A stretch of DNA of 64,000 nucleotides from an uncultured Candidatus Rokubacteria bacterium (GCA_963771355.1 CAVYTA010000006.1:384001-448000), one strand, 5' to 3'; positions 41,043-50,754 are shown, counted from the first letter of the stretch. The notes: generated from the letters alone by a model not told the origin. Numbers and translations: made by a program.

Positions 41043-42584
41043 CACGCGGAGGCCGGCGGTTCGCGCTGGGCGTCGCGCTCCTGGCGGCGGCGCTGACGCT
41101 CGCGCCCGCGCCCGAGCCCGCGCGGGCGCAGGCCAAGCCCGAGGGCGAGATGCGCTGGGCGCTCTACGTCACCGTCCCGCCGGCCTGGTTCGATCCCGGC
41201 GACGTGGTGGGGGTCATCACGCCGTTCTGGATCCTCTATGCCCTGCACGACGCGCTGGTGAAGCCGATGCCCGGCAATCACCTGACGCCGAGCCTGGCCG
41301 AGTCCTGGACGGTGAGCCCGGACCAGAAGGTCTACGAGTTCAAGCTGCGCCAGGGCGTGAAGTTCCACAACGGCGACCCATTCACCGCCGAGGACGTGAA
41401 GTTCAGCTTCCACCGCGCCAAGGCCAAGCTCCTCCACGAGAAGGTCAAGGACGTGGTGATCGCCGATCCCGCACCGCGTGCGCTTCGTGCTGCACGAGCC
41501 GTGGCCCGACTTCATGACCTTTTACGGCACCTTCGTGTCCGGGGCCGGCTGGGTCGTGCCCAAGAAATACATCGAGCAGGTGGGCGTGGAGGGCTTCCGC
41601 AAGCACCCCATCGGGCTCGGGCCCTACAAGTTCGTGAGCATCAACCCAGGCATCGAGCTGGTCATGGAGGCCTACGAGGGCTACTGGCGCAAGATGCCGT
41701 CGGTGAAGCGTCTCGTCTACAAGAGCGTGCCCGACGCCACCACGCGGCTGGCCATGCTCAAGCGGGGCGAGGTGGACCTCGCGTATCTCATCGACGTCCC
41801 GATGGCCGAGGACATCAAGCGGGATCCCACCCTCAAGCTGGCGTTTTCCGGCGGCATCGGGACCACCTATCTCGACTTCCTGGACATGTGGGATCCCAAG
41901 TCGCCCTGGCACGACAAGCGCGTGCGGCAGGCGGCGAGCCTGGCCATCGACCGCCGAGGCCTCAGCGACGCGGAGACGGTGGGGGCCTCCATTCCCACCG
42001 GCAATGTGGTGCCGAAGGGCTTCGAGTTCGCCATCCCCATCGAGCCGGACCCCTACAATCCCGCGCGGGCCAAGCAGCTCCTCGCCGAGGCGGGCTATCC
42101 AAAGGGGTTCGACGCGGGCGATCTGTATCCCTGGCCGCCCTACTTCTCGACGGGGGAGACGGTGACCAACTACCTCGCCGCCATCGGCATCAAGACGCGA
42201 GTGCGCACCATGGAGCGCGCGGCCTTCTACTCGGCCCTGTCCTCGAAGAAGCTCAAGGGGCTCTGCGTGTGCGTCAACGCCGTGTACGGCAATGCGGCCT
42301 CGCGCCTGTCCGAGACCGTGCCCGCCGAGGGCAACTACGCCTACGGCGCCTGGCCGGACATCGAGGCGCTCTACGCCCAGCAGGGGCGCGAGACCGATCG
42401 GAAGAAGCGCGAGGCCATGCTCCGGCAGATCCAGCAGCAGCTCAGCGAGCGCGTGCGCTTTGCGCCCATCTACGACTATATCTGGCCGAGCGCGGTGGGG
42501 CCGCGGGTGGCGGAACCGGCGCTCATGCTGATCAATCCCTATCCCTGGTCGGCTCCCCTCGAGGACGTCCGCCTCAAGAAATAG
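41039..42584 (+). CDS. ABC transporter substrate-binding protein, family 5; +1 frameshift at 41468-41470
   Basis: Signal peptide; PSLAESW, KFHNGDPFTAEDVKFS, PIGLGPYKF and RVRQA..LAIDR motifs; removing one C restores DPHRVRFVL. Confidence 0.88.
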
Positions 42585-42608
42585 TCCCCAGGACACAAGG
42601 AGATCTCG

Positions 42609-42926
42609 ATGCTCGCGATGTGGGTGAAGGTGCGGATCAAGCCGGATCAGCGGAAGCGCTTTCTCGAGGCCATCGAGGCGGACGCCCTGGGCTCGGAGCG
42701 GGACGAGCCCGGCTGTCTTCGCTTCAACGTGCTGCAGGACGAGAAGGACGCCAACGTCTACTACTTCTTCGAGGTGTACAAGGACCAGGCGGCGCTGGAG
42801 GCCCATCGCCTCACCCCGCACTACGCGACGTGGCGGGCGGCGGCCGATACGCTCGATGGTCCCACCGAGCCCACCCGCTGCGCGACGGTCTTCCCCGCCG
42901 CGCGGCCCTACTGGGGCAAGGTCTAG
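42609..42926 (+). CDS. Putative quinol monooxygenase (ABM family, LsrG-like)
   Basis: EPGCLRFNVLQD, FFEVY and H..TPHY motifs. Confidence 0.88.
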   Translation: MLAMWVKVRIKPDQRKRFLEAIEADALGSERDEPGCLRFNVLQDEKDANVYYFFEVYKDQAALEAHRLTPHYATWRAAADTLDGPTEPTRCATVFPAARPYWGKV

Positions 42927-42933
42927 CCGCCGC

Positions 42934-43494
42934 TCAGCGCTGGCCCATCGCCCGGTTCGCGACCTCGACCGTCTTCTTCGCCACGTCGAAGCGATTGGTC
43001 TCCTTGGTCTCGACATCGCCCCCGGTGACCCGGATGAAGAAGGTGTCGTCGCCGAACTCGATCGAGTGGATGTCGCCCTTCGCGAACACGGCGGCCTTGC
43101 CCGGCTCGTTGAGGAACTCCCGCTGGAGCTCGAGCTCTGCGTGGCCGGGCCGGCTCCCGTCGTCGAGGCGGCGCCACCGGCGCATCCGGGTGGGATTCTT
43201 GTAGTTGCCGTAGATCACCCAGCAGGGCCCGTGGTCGTGCACCGAGGACGTCGCGCCCTTGGCGCGGCCGTGGACCAGCACGTGCACGTCCGTCTCCGGA
43301 TCGTGGCCGATGGTGGTGCGCTCGGCGTGCGGGACGGGGTCGCCCAGATGCTTGGTGAGGAGCTCCGGGTTGGCGAGGAGCTTCTCGAGATGGTCGCGGA
43401 TCTCGGCCAGCCCCGACGGGATCCCCTTGGTCTTGATGGTGGCGCGCGTGTCGGCGAGGAACTGGTCGAGCGAGTAGAGCGCGGTCACGGCCAT
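42934..43494 (-). CDS. Cupin, cysteine/thiol dioxygenase-like
   Basis: VHDHG..WVIYG and GDIHS 3-His cupin pattern. Confidence 0.7.
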   Translation of the reverse strand: MAVTALYSLDQFLADTRATIKTKGIPSGLAEIRDHLEKLLANPELLTKHLGDPVPHAERTTIGHDPETDVHVLVHGRAKGATSSVHDHGPCWVIYGNYKNPTRMRRWRRLDDGSRPGHAELELQREFLNEPGKAAVFAKGDIHSIEFGDDTFFIRVTGGDVETKETNRFDVAKKTVEVANRAMGQR

Positions 43495-43504
43495 GGGACC
43501 TCCT

Positions 43505-43975
43505 TCACGCAGTGGGCACCGCGATCCCGCGGCGCGTGAGCTCGCCCATGAGATCGAGCGCGCGGGTGGGGACGGGCCGGCCTTCGGGCACCGTCCAGAA
43601 GATCTCGAACTCGAGCCCGTCCGGATCCTTGGCGTAGAGCGAGAGGCTGACCCCGTGATCGGACTGACCCACCAGGGCCCCCACCTCCACCAGGCGGCGC
43701 TGGGCGCGCACCAGATCCGTCAGCTCCGCCACCTCCCAGGCGGAGTGGTACATGCGCGCCACGCCCTCGTGCGGCGGCGCCACGCCCGCTTGCTCGAAGA
43801 GGCCCAGGTGATGGTCGTCGGGGCTGCCGGGGATACGCAGGAAGGCCGCGCGCGGGTACCGCGTCTTCACCTCGAAGCCCAGGACCTCCACGTAGAAGCG
43901 CACGCTGCGCTCCACGTCCGAGATCCAGAGCACGAGGTGCTGGAGCCGCTTGAGCCCGATACCGCCGTCGCTCAT
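43505..43975 (-). CDS. VOC (glyoxalase) family protein
   Basis: LQHLVL..SD.ERS..FY..VLG, HHLGL, YHSAW and SLY.KDPDG..FE motifs; ATGA overlap. Confidence 0.9.
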   Translation of the reverse strand: MSDGGIGLKRLQHLVLWISDVERSVRFYVEVLGFEVKTRYPRAAFLRIPGSPDDHHLGLFEQAGVAPPHEGVARMYHSAWEVAELTDLVRAQRRLVEVGALVGQSDHGVSLSLYAKDPDGLEFEIFWTVPEGRPVPTRALDLMGELTRRGIAVPTA

Positions 43976-44325
43976 CGGGAAGCCTCCGGCGCTCCGGCCG
44001 GATACTCGGCCCGCACGGTGATGACCACGCAGGCGAGGAGCGCGTCGCCGGTGGGCGCGCGCAGGCCGCCCGGCACCGCGTGCACCGTCACCTCGCCGTG
44101 CGGGAGCTCTTTGCGGACCCGCTCGACGTCCACCGACCCCGGCTCCGGCACGCCCACGGTGACGTCCACCAGCATGCGGCCGCCGCGAGCGCGGATGTCC
44201 TGGAGGAGGGGCAGGCTGGAATGGCGGATGGCGTCCGAGACGGCGCGGCAGGCGGCCTTGGTGCCGTCGCCGCCATGCACGTCCACGCCCATGCCGAACT
44301 CGAAGACGAGGGGATTCGCGCTCAT
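43972..44325 (-). CDS. Lin0512 family protein
   Basis: EFGMGVDVHG.D.TKAA.RAV.DAI.HSS and LPHG...V..GGL motifs. Confidence 0.85.
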   Translation of the reverse strand: MSANPLVFEFGMGVDVHGGDGTKAACRAVSDAIRHSSLPLLQDIRARGGRMLVDVTVGVPEPGSVDVERVRKELPHGEVTVHAVPGGLRAPTGDALLACVVITVRAEYPAGAPEASR

Positions 44326-44417
44326 GTGGCTGCATGGTTCCCGATGCGGTCTCCGCTGTCAAGCCGTCCGTTGTATAGTCGGGCCCTGACCCGCACCTTC
44401 ACCAGAGGGAGGACGCC

Positions 44418-45353
44418 GTGAAGCTTCTCTTTTTCGACGAGTTCCGGCTGGGCGTGCTCGAGGGTGACACCGTGCACGACGTCACCGCGGCGGTGCAGGA
44501 CCTGCCGCATACCGGGCCCCACGATCTCATCAATGCGCTCATCGCGCGGTTCGCCGAGCGTCGCGCGGCGCTCACCGAGGCGGTCCGGCGCGGGAAGGGC
44601 GTCCCGCTCACGCAGGTCCGGATCCGGCCGCCGCTGCCGCGGCCCGTCACCATCGTGTGCATGGCGGTGAACTACATGGAGGACGGCACGCGGACGGAGC
44701 CGGCGCCCATCAACGCCTTCCAGAAGTCGCCCCTCTGCGTCATCGGGCAAGGTGACACCATGGTGCTGCCCGACGTTCCCGCCACCATCTTCGAGGGCGA
44801 GGCGGAGGTGGCGGTGATCATCGGCAAGCGCGCGTCGAATGTCCGGGCCGCCGACGCCATGAGCTATATCTTCGGCTACACGAACTTCATCGACGGCTCC
44901 GCGCGGGGATTGCCGCCCGCGGGCAATACCTTCTACCAGATGAAGTCGCGCGACACCTTTGCGCCCATGGGGCCCTACCTGGTCACCGCCGACGAGGTGC
45001 CCGACCCGCATAAGCTCGCGGTGAAGCTCTGGGTGAACGGGACCCTCATGCAGAACTTCAACACCAGCGACATGGCCCACAATATCCCGCGCTGCATCGA
45101 GTGGGTGACCTCCATCCATCCCCTCGAAGTGGGCGATGTCCTGGCCACCGGGACCAACCACCGGGGGCTCTCCGGCTTCCAGAACGGGGACCGGGTCGAG
45201 CTGGAGACGGAGGGGCTAGGGCGGCTGCACTTCGGAATCCGCGACGACCTCAAGCGCACGTGGTCGCGCGAGACGCGGCTGAACCGGCAGGAGAAGGGGC
45301 TCGAGGGCACCACGCCCCAGCTCAGCGGGAAGCACGCGCCGCCCGCGCGATAA
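44418..45353 (+). CDS. Fumarylacetoacetate hydrolase family protein
   Basis: MAVNY, EGEAEVAVIIGK, D.SAR, KS.DTFAPMGP and GDVLATGT motifs. Confidence 0.92.
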   Translation: MKLLFFDEFRLGVLEGDTVHDVTAAVQDLPHTGPHDLINALIARFAERRAALTEAVRRGKGVPLTQVRIRPPLPRPVTIVCMAVNYMEDGTRTEPAPINAFQKSPLCVIGQGDTMVLPDVPATIFEGEAEVAVIIGKRASNVRAADAMSYIFGYTNFIDGSARGLPPAGNTFYQMKSRDTFAPMGPYLVTADEVPDPHKLAVKLWVNGTLMQNFNTSDMAHNIPRCIEWVTSIHPLEVGDVLATGTNHRGLSGFQNGDRVELETEGLGRLHFGIRDDLKRTWSRETRLNRQEKGLEGTTPQLSGKHAPPAR

Positions 45354-45367
45354 GGCGTTGCGCGCGG

Positions 45368-46591
45368 CTAGGGCGTCTCGACGAAGCCGGCCCGCGCGAG
45401 CTCGTCCACGCGGGCAGGGGCATAGCCGAGCAGGCCCTCGAGGACGGGCCGCGTGTGCTCGCCCACGCGATAGGGCGCGGGGTGGCGTGGGCCCAGCGGC
45501 TGGCCGTCGAGGTGATACGGGCTCGCGGTGACGCGCACGTCGCCCCGCGCGGGATGCGGCACTGCGGGAAAGAATCCCCGCTCCGCCAGGTGGGGGGAGG
45601 CGATCACCTCGGCCGGGCGCAGCACCGGCGCGCATGGAATGCGGGCCTCGGCCAGCGCGGCGAGCGCGGCGTCCACGCTGGGGAACGTCTCGAGCCACGC
45701 GGTGACGATCTCGCGCAGCGGCCGCCAGTTCACGCGCCGCTTCTCCGTGGTGTCGAATCGCGGATCGCCATCCAGCTCGGGCCGCCCCATGAGGCCGAGC
45801 ATGCGCGGCCAGAGCTCGGCGGAGCCCACGAACTGCATGGCGAGGCTCCGGTCCCCGATGGCGGCCACCACCATGCCCGGGCGCGGGTTGCCGTGTTCCT
45901 GCCCGCCGTTCAGGACCGCGGCGTAGGTGACGCTGTCGGCGGCGACGAGCGCCTCGAGCATGGACACGTCCAGGTACGCGCCGCGTCCGGTCCGTCCGCG
46001 CCGGAGAAGGGCGCCCATGATGGCGCCGGCGGCATGGGTGCCGGCGAGGACGTCCGCGGCCTGGAGGTTCGAGGCGCGCGGGGCCGCCTCGTCGCCCTGC
46101 TCGAGGTGCATGAGGCCGGACTGCGCGTTGATGATGTGGGCGAACGCGGGCCGCGCGCGCCAGGGCCCGGTCTGGCCGAAGCCGGAGATGGAGCAGTAGA
46201 CGAGGTCGGGCTTGAGCGCCCGCAGGGTCTTCTCGTCGCAGCCAAGCCGGCCCACCACCCCGGGCATGAAGTTCTCCACGAATACGTCCGCGTGTCGCGC
46301 GAGATCGTGGATGACCGCGCGCCCCTCGGGGCGCGACATGTCCACCGCCACGCTTTCCTTGCCCGCGTTGACGCGGTGGAAGTAGCTGCTCTGGTCGGCG
46401 CGCCCCGGCTCGAGCTGGAGATAGTTGCGACGGGTCTCGTCGCCGTCGCCGGGCCGTTCGATCTTGATGACGCGGGCGCCCAGGTCGCAGAGGAGGCGGG
46501 TGCAATAGGGACCGGCGAGCACCCGGGTGAGGTCGAGGATGGTGTAGCCGGCGAGGGGTAGCTCGTCGGCGGCGGAGGGCGTGGGCGACAC
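45368..46591 (-). CDS. CaiB/BaiF family III CoA transferase
   Basis: LDLTRVLAGPY, LGARVIKIE.P..GD, NAGKES, DVFVENF.PG and SISGFGQTGP motifs. Confidence 0.93.
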   Translation of the reverse strand: MSPTPSAADELPLAGYTILDLTRVLAGPYCTRLLCDLGARVIKIERPGDGDETRRNYLQLEPGRADQSSYFHRVNAGKESVAVDMSRPEGRAVIHDLARHADVFVENFMPGVVGRLGCDEKTLRALKPDLVYCSISGFGQTGPWRARPAFAHIINAQSGLMHLEQGDEAAPRASNLQAADVLAGTHAAGAIMGALLRRGRTGRGAYLDVSMLEALVAADSVTYAAVLNGGQEHGNPRPGMVVAAIGDRSLAMQFVGSAELWPRMLGLMGRPELDGDPRFDTTEKRRVNWRPLREIVTAWLETFPSVDAALAALAEARIPCAPVLRPAEVIASPHLAERGFFPAVPHPARGDVRVTASPYHLDGQPLGPRHPAPYRVGEHTRPVLEGLLGYAPARVDELARAGFVETP

Positions 46592-46592
46592 G

Positions 46593-47660
46593 TCAGGCGA
46601 CGTGGGCGGCGGACTCCGCGCGCGGGAGCCCCAGCGTCTCACCCGCCGCGAGCAGCTCCTCCCAGGTGGTGGGGTCCACGTAGATGCCGTCGCGCGTGCG
46701 CTCGGCATGCGCGATCCGCTCCGGATCGCCCGGCACCAGCACGGGCAGGGCGGGATCGGCCGCCGGCGAAGCCTTCACGTAGTCCACGAAGCCGTCGATC
46801 TCCCGGCGCAGCCAGTCCACGCCGGCCAGGCGGGCAGGGTCGACCAGCACCGCGAACATGTTGTTGATGATGCCGCCCAGCCGCGCATTGCCGGGCTGGA
46901 TGGTGGGGCCGCCCGACAGCGCGCCGGCGAGGAGCTCCGCCACCACCGCGAGCCCGTAGCCCTTGTGCCCGCCGAAGGGGAGCATGGCGCCCTGCGGCTC
47001 GCTGTACATCACGTTGGGGTCGCGCGTGGGCCGGCCCTGGGCGTCGATGAGGGTGCCGTCGGGGGCGGGCTTGCCCTCGTTCTTCGCCACCCGGACCTTG
47101 CCCATGGCCACCGCGCTGGTGGCCATGTCGAGGAGCACGGCGGGCTGACGCTCGGTCGGGGGCAGGCCGATGCAGACGGGATTGGTGGAGAAGCGCGCGT
47201 CGCCCCCCCGGAAGGGCGCCACCAGCGCCCGGTGATCGGCCACGTTCACGAAGTGCAGGGAGACGAGCCCGGCGGCGGTGGCCATCTCGCCGTAGACGCC
47301 CACGCGCCCGATATGATGCGCGTTGGCGAGGGTGGCCACCGTGACGCCGGTCTGGCGACAACGGGCGATGGCGGCGGACATCATCTCGCCCGCCACCGCG
47401 CGCCCGTAGCCGCGGTTACCGTCGAACATCAGGAAGGGGCCGTCGTCCTTGACCACCTTGGCCGGCGTGTTGGGGACGACGAGACCCGCGCGCAGATGAC
47501 GGACATAGGTCGGGATCATCCCGATCCCATGGCTGTCGTGGCCCTTGAGATTGGCCTCGACCAGGTGACCCGCGACGAGGTCCGCCTCGCCGGCGGCGCT
47601 GCCGCCGGCACGTAGAATGGCGCCTCCGAGCTGTCGCAGTCCCTTCGCCGTCGCGCGCAC
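46593..47660 (-). CDS. Type 2 malate/lactate/ureidoglycolate dehydrogenase (Ldh_2, YbiC/HcxB-like)
   Basis: ANLKGHDSHG, HHIGRVG, FSTNP, LDMATS, PFGGHKGYGL and PGDPE motifs; GTG start approximate. Confidence 0.9.
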   Translation of the reverse strand: MRATAKGLRQLGGAILRAGGSAAGEADLVAGHLVEANLKGHDSHGIGMIPTYVRHLRAGLVVPNTPAKVVKDDGPFLMFDGNRGYGRAVAGEMMSAAIARCRQTGVTVATLANAHHIGRVGVYGEMATAAGLVSLHFVNVADHRALVAPFRGGDARFSTNPVCIGLPPTERQPAVLLDMATSAVAMGKVRVAKNEGKPAPDGTLIDAQGRPTRDPNVMYSEPQGAMLPFGGHKGYGLAVVAELLAGALSGGPTIQPGNARLGGIINNMFAVLVDPARLAGVDWLRREIDGFVDYVKASPAADPALPVLVPGDPERIAHAERTRDGIYVDPTTWEELLAAGETLGLPRAESAAHVA

Positions 47661-47677
47661 GGGTGCCCCGCCCCGCG

Positions 47678-48289
47678 TTACTTCTTGACCTCGGCGGGAA
47701 GCAGACCCAGCCGGGTGGCCAGCACCTGCTGCACTTCCTTGGCCGCCTCGCGCCACAGGCTATTGGGCCCGTCGTGCAGCGCCTGGTACTGCTTCCGGAA
47801 CTCGGCCAGGGCCGCGTCCTGCTGGTCGGCGGGGGCCACGTCCACGGTCTTCGCGCGCAGGCCGATCATCTTCTGGGTGGCCGCGCCGGAGCGCTCGATC
47901 CAGTGGCCGATCTCGTTCCAGTTGGCGTCGAAGAAGACGATGACCGGGATGGAGCGGTAGCCGTTGTTGAGGTAGAGATCGGTGATGTCGAGATTCTGGT
48001 CGCGGAAGAAGACGCGCAGCTCGCAGTTGGGCATGGCCTCGCAGATATGGGCCAGCAACGGCGAGTTCCGGTGCACGTCGCCGCACCAGTTCTCGGCCAG
48101 CATGACGGCATACTTGACCTTGCCGAGCGCGTTCCCGCTGAAGAACTTGCGCTCCTCGTCGGTGAGCTTGGTCTTGCCGTAGTTGTCCTCGGTGCGGGCC
48201 TGGGTGTCGCCCATCTGGGCCATGTAGTCCTTCCAGCTGAGACCCTTGGCGAAGCGGGCGGCGTCGAGCGGAACGGTGAGCTGGGCCAT
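47678..48289 (-). CDS. Thioredoxin family protein (Thioredoxin_9-like, single active-site Cys)
   Basis: AENWCGD, RDQN, SIP.IVF.D and W.ER motifs; SD AAGGAG. Confidence 0.85.
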   Translation of the reverse strand: MAQLTVPLDAARFAKGLSWKDYMAQMGDTQARTEDNYGKTKLTDEERKFFSGNALGKVKYAVMLAENWCGDVHRNSPLLAHICEAMPNCELRVFFRDQNLDITDLYLNNGYRSIPVIVFFDANWNEIGHWIERSGAATQKMIGLRAKTVDVAPADQQDAALAEFRKQYQALHDGPNSLWREAAKEVQQVLATRLGLLPAEVKK

Positions 48290-48523
48290 GTCTGATTCTC
48301 CTTGCTCGAGGTGAGGGTCGATGATCCGGGGCCAACGAAGTCGTCGTTAGCATACAGGAATCGCGGCCCGAAGGGGAGCCGCTCTCCGGTGGTGATCCAC
48401 CCAGGCGCAGACGCACCAATGGCGGCTCGAAGGCCGCCGGTGCAGCCGGTTGCCGCCGGACCGGGGTTCGGGTCATCGCACTTGGAGAAGTCGATGGCAA
48501 TTCGGGCCCGAGATTCGACTGTA

Positions 48524-48543
48524 GTGTAGGCGGACATTTACAC
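48524..48543. promoter_or_regulatory. Palindromic upstream activator site for a sigma54 enhancer-binding protein (candidate)
   Basis: GTGTA-N10-TACAC, i.e. TGTAGG-N6-TTTACA, about 95 bp upstream of the predicted +1. Confidence 0.55.
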
Positions 48544-48573
48544 CCCGTAAGCCATGACGGGATTCATGCCCTG

Positions 48574-48586
48574 CAAGCTATTGAAA
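48574..48586 (-). promoter_or_regulatory. IHF-like binding site
   Basis: Minus strand TTTCAATAGCTTG versus consensus WATCAANNNNTTR (1 mismatch), lying between the palindrome and the -24 box. Confidence 0.55.
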
Positions 48587-48603
48587 GTCCGCGGTCGCCG
48601 GGG

Positions 48604-48619
48604 TGGCAAGCGGGGTGCA
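48604..48619 (+). promoter_or_regulatory. Sigma54 (-24/-12) promoter
   Basis: TGGCAAGCGGGGTGCA: GG(48605-06)-N10-GC(48617-18) versus consensus TGGCACG-N4-TTGCW. Confidence 0.65.
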
Positions 48620-48629
48620 TACCCTCATC

Positions 48630-48710
48630 GAGGCGCCGTCGCGGTAAAGCCGCCACGCTGACGGGCTTCAACGGGCGGTGCTCCGCGTGAGCGGGCACCG
48701 CCCGTCGTCT
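48630..48710 (+). ncRNA. Candidate sigma54-dependent small RNA (two stem-loops)
   Basis: Predicted +1 (G48630) is the first base of a bulged stem 48630-48669; a second 15-bp GC stem with GUGA loop spans 48671-48705; no plausible + strand CDS follows. Confidence 0.5.
48671..48705. terminator. Strong hairpin, probable (bidirectional) terminator
   Basis: ACGGGCGGTGC(T)CCGC-GTGA-GCGGGCACCGCCCGT, 25 bp beyond the minus-strand dctP stop; only a weak U tail. Confidence 0.6.
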
Positions 48711-48730
48711 TGCTGTCGGCGGGCCCGACG

Positions 48731-49849
48731 CTACCGCTTCTGCCAGTAGTGGCGGACCGCGATGTCCATCGGAGGCGTCATCCTCTGCGCGTGGGCCACC
48801 GTCTTCCGGGCGTACTCCTTCTGCGCGGCCAGCACCTTGGCGAAGAACGGGTTCTTCTGCGCCTCGGCGTCGAAGGTCTTGTCGATGGCGTCCAGCTCGG
48901 CGCGGAGGATCTCGTCGGGCGTGCGCAGGATCTGGACGCCATGCTTGGTGACCAGCTCGTCCGCGGCCTGGCTGTCATGGTCCACCGTGTAGGCGCTCAG
49001 CCGGGTGATCTCGGCCATGGCGGCGTACTTGACGATGGCCTGGAGATCCGGAGGCAGCTCCGCCCACTTCTTCCGGTTGACGATCAGCTCGTGGAAGGTG
49101 GGCGGCTGCCGGAAGCTCGGCATGTAGTAGAACTTGGCCGCTTGCTGGAAGCCGATGACCATGTCGCGGCTCGGGATCGCCCACTCGGCGCCGTCGATGA
49201 CCCCGCGCTCGAGCGAGGGGACGATGTCGCCGCCGGCCATTCCCACCGTCGAGACGCCCATCCGCCGGAACATCTCGAGTCCGATCCCCGAGGACCGGAA
49301 CTTCAGCTTGCGCAGGTCCTCGAGGTTGTTCATGGGCTTCTTGACCCACCCGAAGGCCTCCCAGAACGGCTGGATCGTCGTGAAGTGGGCCACGACGTCC
49401 ATCTTCAGCTCCTTCTGGAGCAGCTCGTTGTAGAGCTCCTGCCCGCCCCCCGCGTACAGCCAGGCGGTGAACTCGTTCTGCCCCATTCCGAATGTCCCGC
49501 CGAGCGGGGAGCCGAAGAGCCCGGCGGCGGAGTTCTTGCCCGCCCAGAGGCCCGGCCACGTGAGGCCGCCGTCCAGCGCGCCGCGGTTCACGGCATCCAG
49601 CACCTCGAAGAATCCGACCACGGCGCCCACCGGAAGCGTCTCGATCTTGAGGCGGCCGCCCGACATCTGCTCGATCGACTTGGCCAGCTCGACCAGGGAG
49701 CGATGCGGATAGTCGGTGACGGGAAACGAGCTCTGGACCTTCCAGACGAACGTCCGCGGCTGGGCGGGCGCCGGGGTCTGGGCCAGCGACGCGAGGACGA
49801 GGAGCGCGACGATCGCCGTGGTCAGCGCGAACCAGGTGCGTGCTCTCAT
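48731..49849 (-). CDS. dctP: TRAP substrate-binding protein (TakP-like DctP), orphan
   Basis: Signal peptide; WKVQS, MSGGRLKIE, AWLYAGGG, GW.KK and SLERGVIDGAEW motifs. Confidence 0.9.
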   Translation of the reverse strand: MRARTWFALTTAIVALLVLASLAQTPAPAQPRTFVWKVQSSFPVTDYPHRSLVELAKSIEQMSGGRLKIETLPVGAVVGFFEVLDAVNRGALDGGLTWPGLWAGKNSAAGLFGSPLGGTFGMGQNEFTAWLYAGGGQELYNELLQKELKMDVVAHFTTIQPFWEAFGWVKKPMNNLEDLRKLKFRSSGIGLEMFRRMGVSTVGMAGGDIVPSLERGVIDGAEWAIPSRDMVIGFQQAAKFYYMPSFRQPPTFHELIVNRKKWAELPPDLQAIVKYAAMAEITRLSAYTVDHDSQAADELVTKHGVQILRTPDEILRAELDAIDKTFDAEAQKNPFFAKVLAAQKEYARKTVAHAQRMTPPMDIAVRHYWQKR

Positions 49850-49875
49850 CTTCTTCTCCTTTGTGGGCTTCGGGT

Positions 49876-50754
49876 TCAGGCCAGGAACTCGCGCACCGTC
49901 TTCAGGAAGACCTCCAGCTTGTCGTGGTGGAGCCAGTGGCCGGCGCCGTCCACGCCGATCACGCGCGCGTTCGGGAAGTGCCGCGCGCGTCCGTCCGCGC
50001 CGGGATCCCCGGAGCGGCTCTCCTTGCCGTACAGGAGCAGGGTGGGGCAGGTCACGCGCGACCAGAGATGCGCGATGTCCCGCCCGCGCATGTCGTAGGG
50101 GAACCACGCCCGCACGTAGTTGTCGAACTTCCAGCTATACGTCCCGTCCTCGTTCTGGTTGACGCCGTGCACGGTGAGGTGGCGCGCCTGCTCGGCGGTG
50201 AGGTGGGGGTTTTCCTCCTGCATGCGCTTGAAGGCGTCCTCGATGGAGGCGTAGCGGCGGGGTAGCCGCCCGGCCAGCATCCGCTGCTCGTGAATCCACT
50301 CGATCATCCGCTGGTCGATGGTCTTCTCGCGCTCGGCGCGGACCTCGGGCGAGGGACCGAGCCCCTCGATGGCCACCAGCCGCGACACCGTCTCCGGATA
50401 GATGCCGGCGTAGCGCAGGGCGATGTTGCCGCCCAGCGAGTGCGCGACGATGGTCACGGGCGCCAGCCGTTGCTGGTGGATGAGCTGGGCAAGATCGTAG
50501 AGGTAGCCCGCCATGGTATAGCTGCCGTCCGGCGACCACTGGCTGTCACCGTGGCCGCGCAGGTCCGGCGCGATGACATGCCACCGGTCGCGGAAGGCGG
50601 CGGCGGTCCAGTCCCAGTTCCGGCAGTGGTCGCGGCCGCCGTGGACAAGCAGCAGCGGCGGCGCTCCGGGATTTCCCCAATCGACATAGTGCAGGCGCAG
50701 GCGCTGGGAGAAGTACGAGTGGGAGGCCGGGCCCGGCGCTCGATCGTTGCTCAT
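49876..50754 (-). CDS. Alpha/beta hydrolase
   Basis: LLVHGG.DH, PDLRGHGDS, AHSLGG nucleophile elbow and GHWLHHD. Confidence 0.92.
   Translation of the reverse strand: MSNDRAPGPASHSYFSQRLRLHYVDWGNPGAPPLLLVHGGRDHCRNWDWTAAAFRDRWHVIAPDLRGHGDSQWSPDGSYTMAGYLYDLAQLIHQQRLAPVTIVAHSLGGNIALRYAGIYPETVSRLVAIEGLGPSPEVRAEREKTIDQRMIEWIHEQRMLAGRLPRRYASIEDAFKRMQEENPHLTAEQARHLTVHGVNQNEDGTYSWKFDNYVRAWFPYDMRGRDIAHLWSRVTCPTLLLYGKESRSGDPGADGRARHFPNARVIGVDGAGHWLHHDKLEVFLKTVREFLA

Noticed and set aside
17200..41470. Programmed ribosomal frameshifting at the split genes
   Set aside because: No slippery heptamers; the genes are unrelated ordinary enzymes; the uniform +1 G/C pattern points to sequencing error
40940..43204. 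Apparent 754-aa SBP ORF
   Set aside because: Only 41039-41470 is the real frame; the rest follows the frameshift
47678..48289. Second selenoprotein among the thioredoxin-fold genes (also 9870-10523 and dsbD)
   Set aside because: Their active sites use Cys codons and the ORFs are uninterrupted
48361..48520. Possible tRNA-Sec or other tRNA in the large intergenic gap (TCTCCGGTG, GGTTCG and small hairpins)
   Set aside because: No UCA anticodon arm or acceptor stem could be folded; only short GC hairpins such as GGCGGC/GCCGCC
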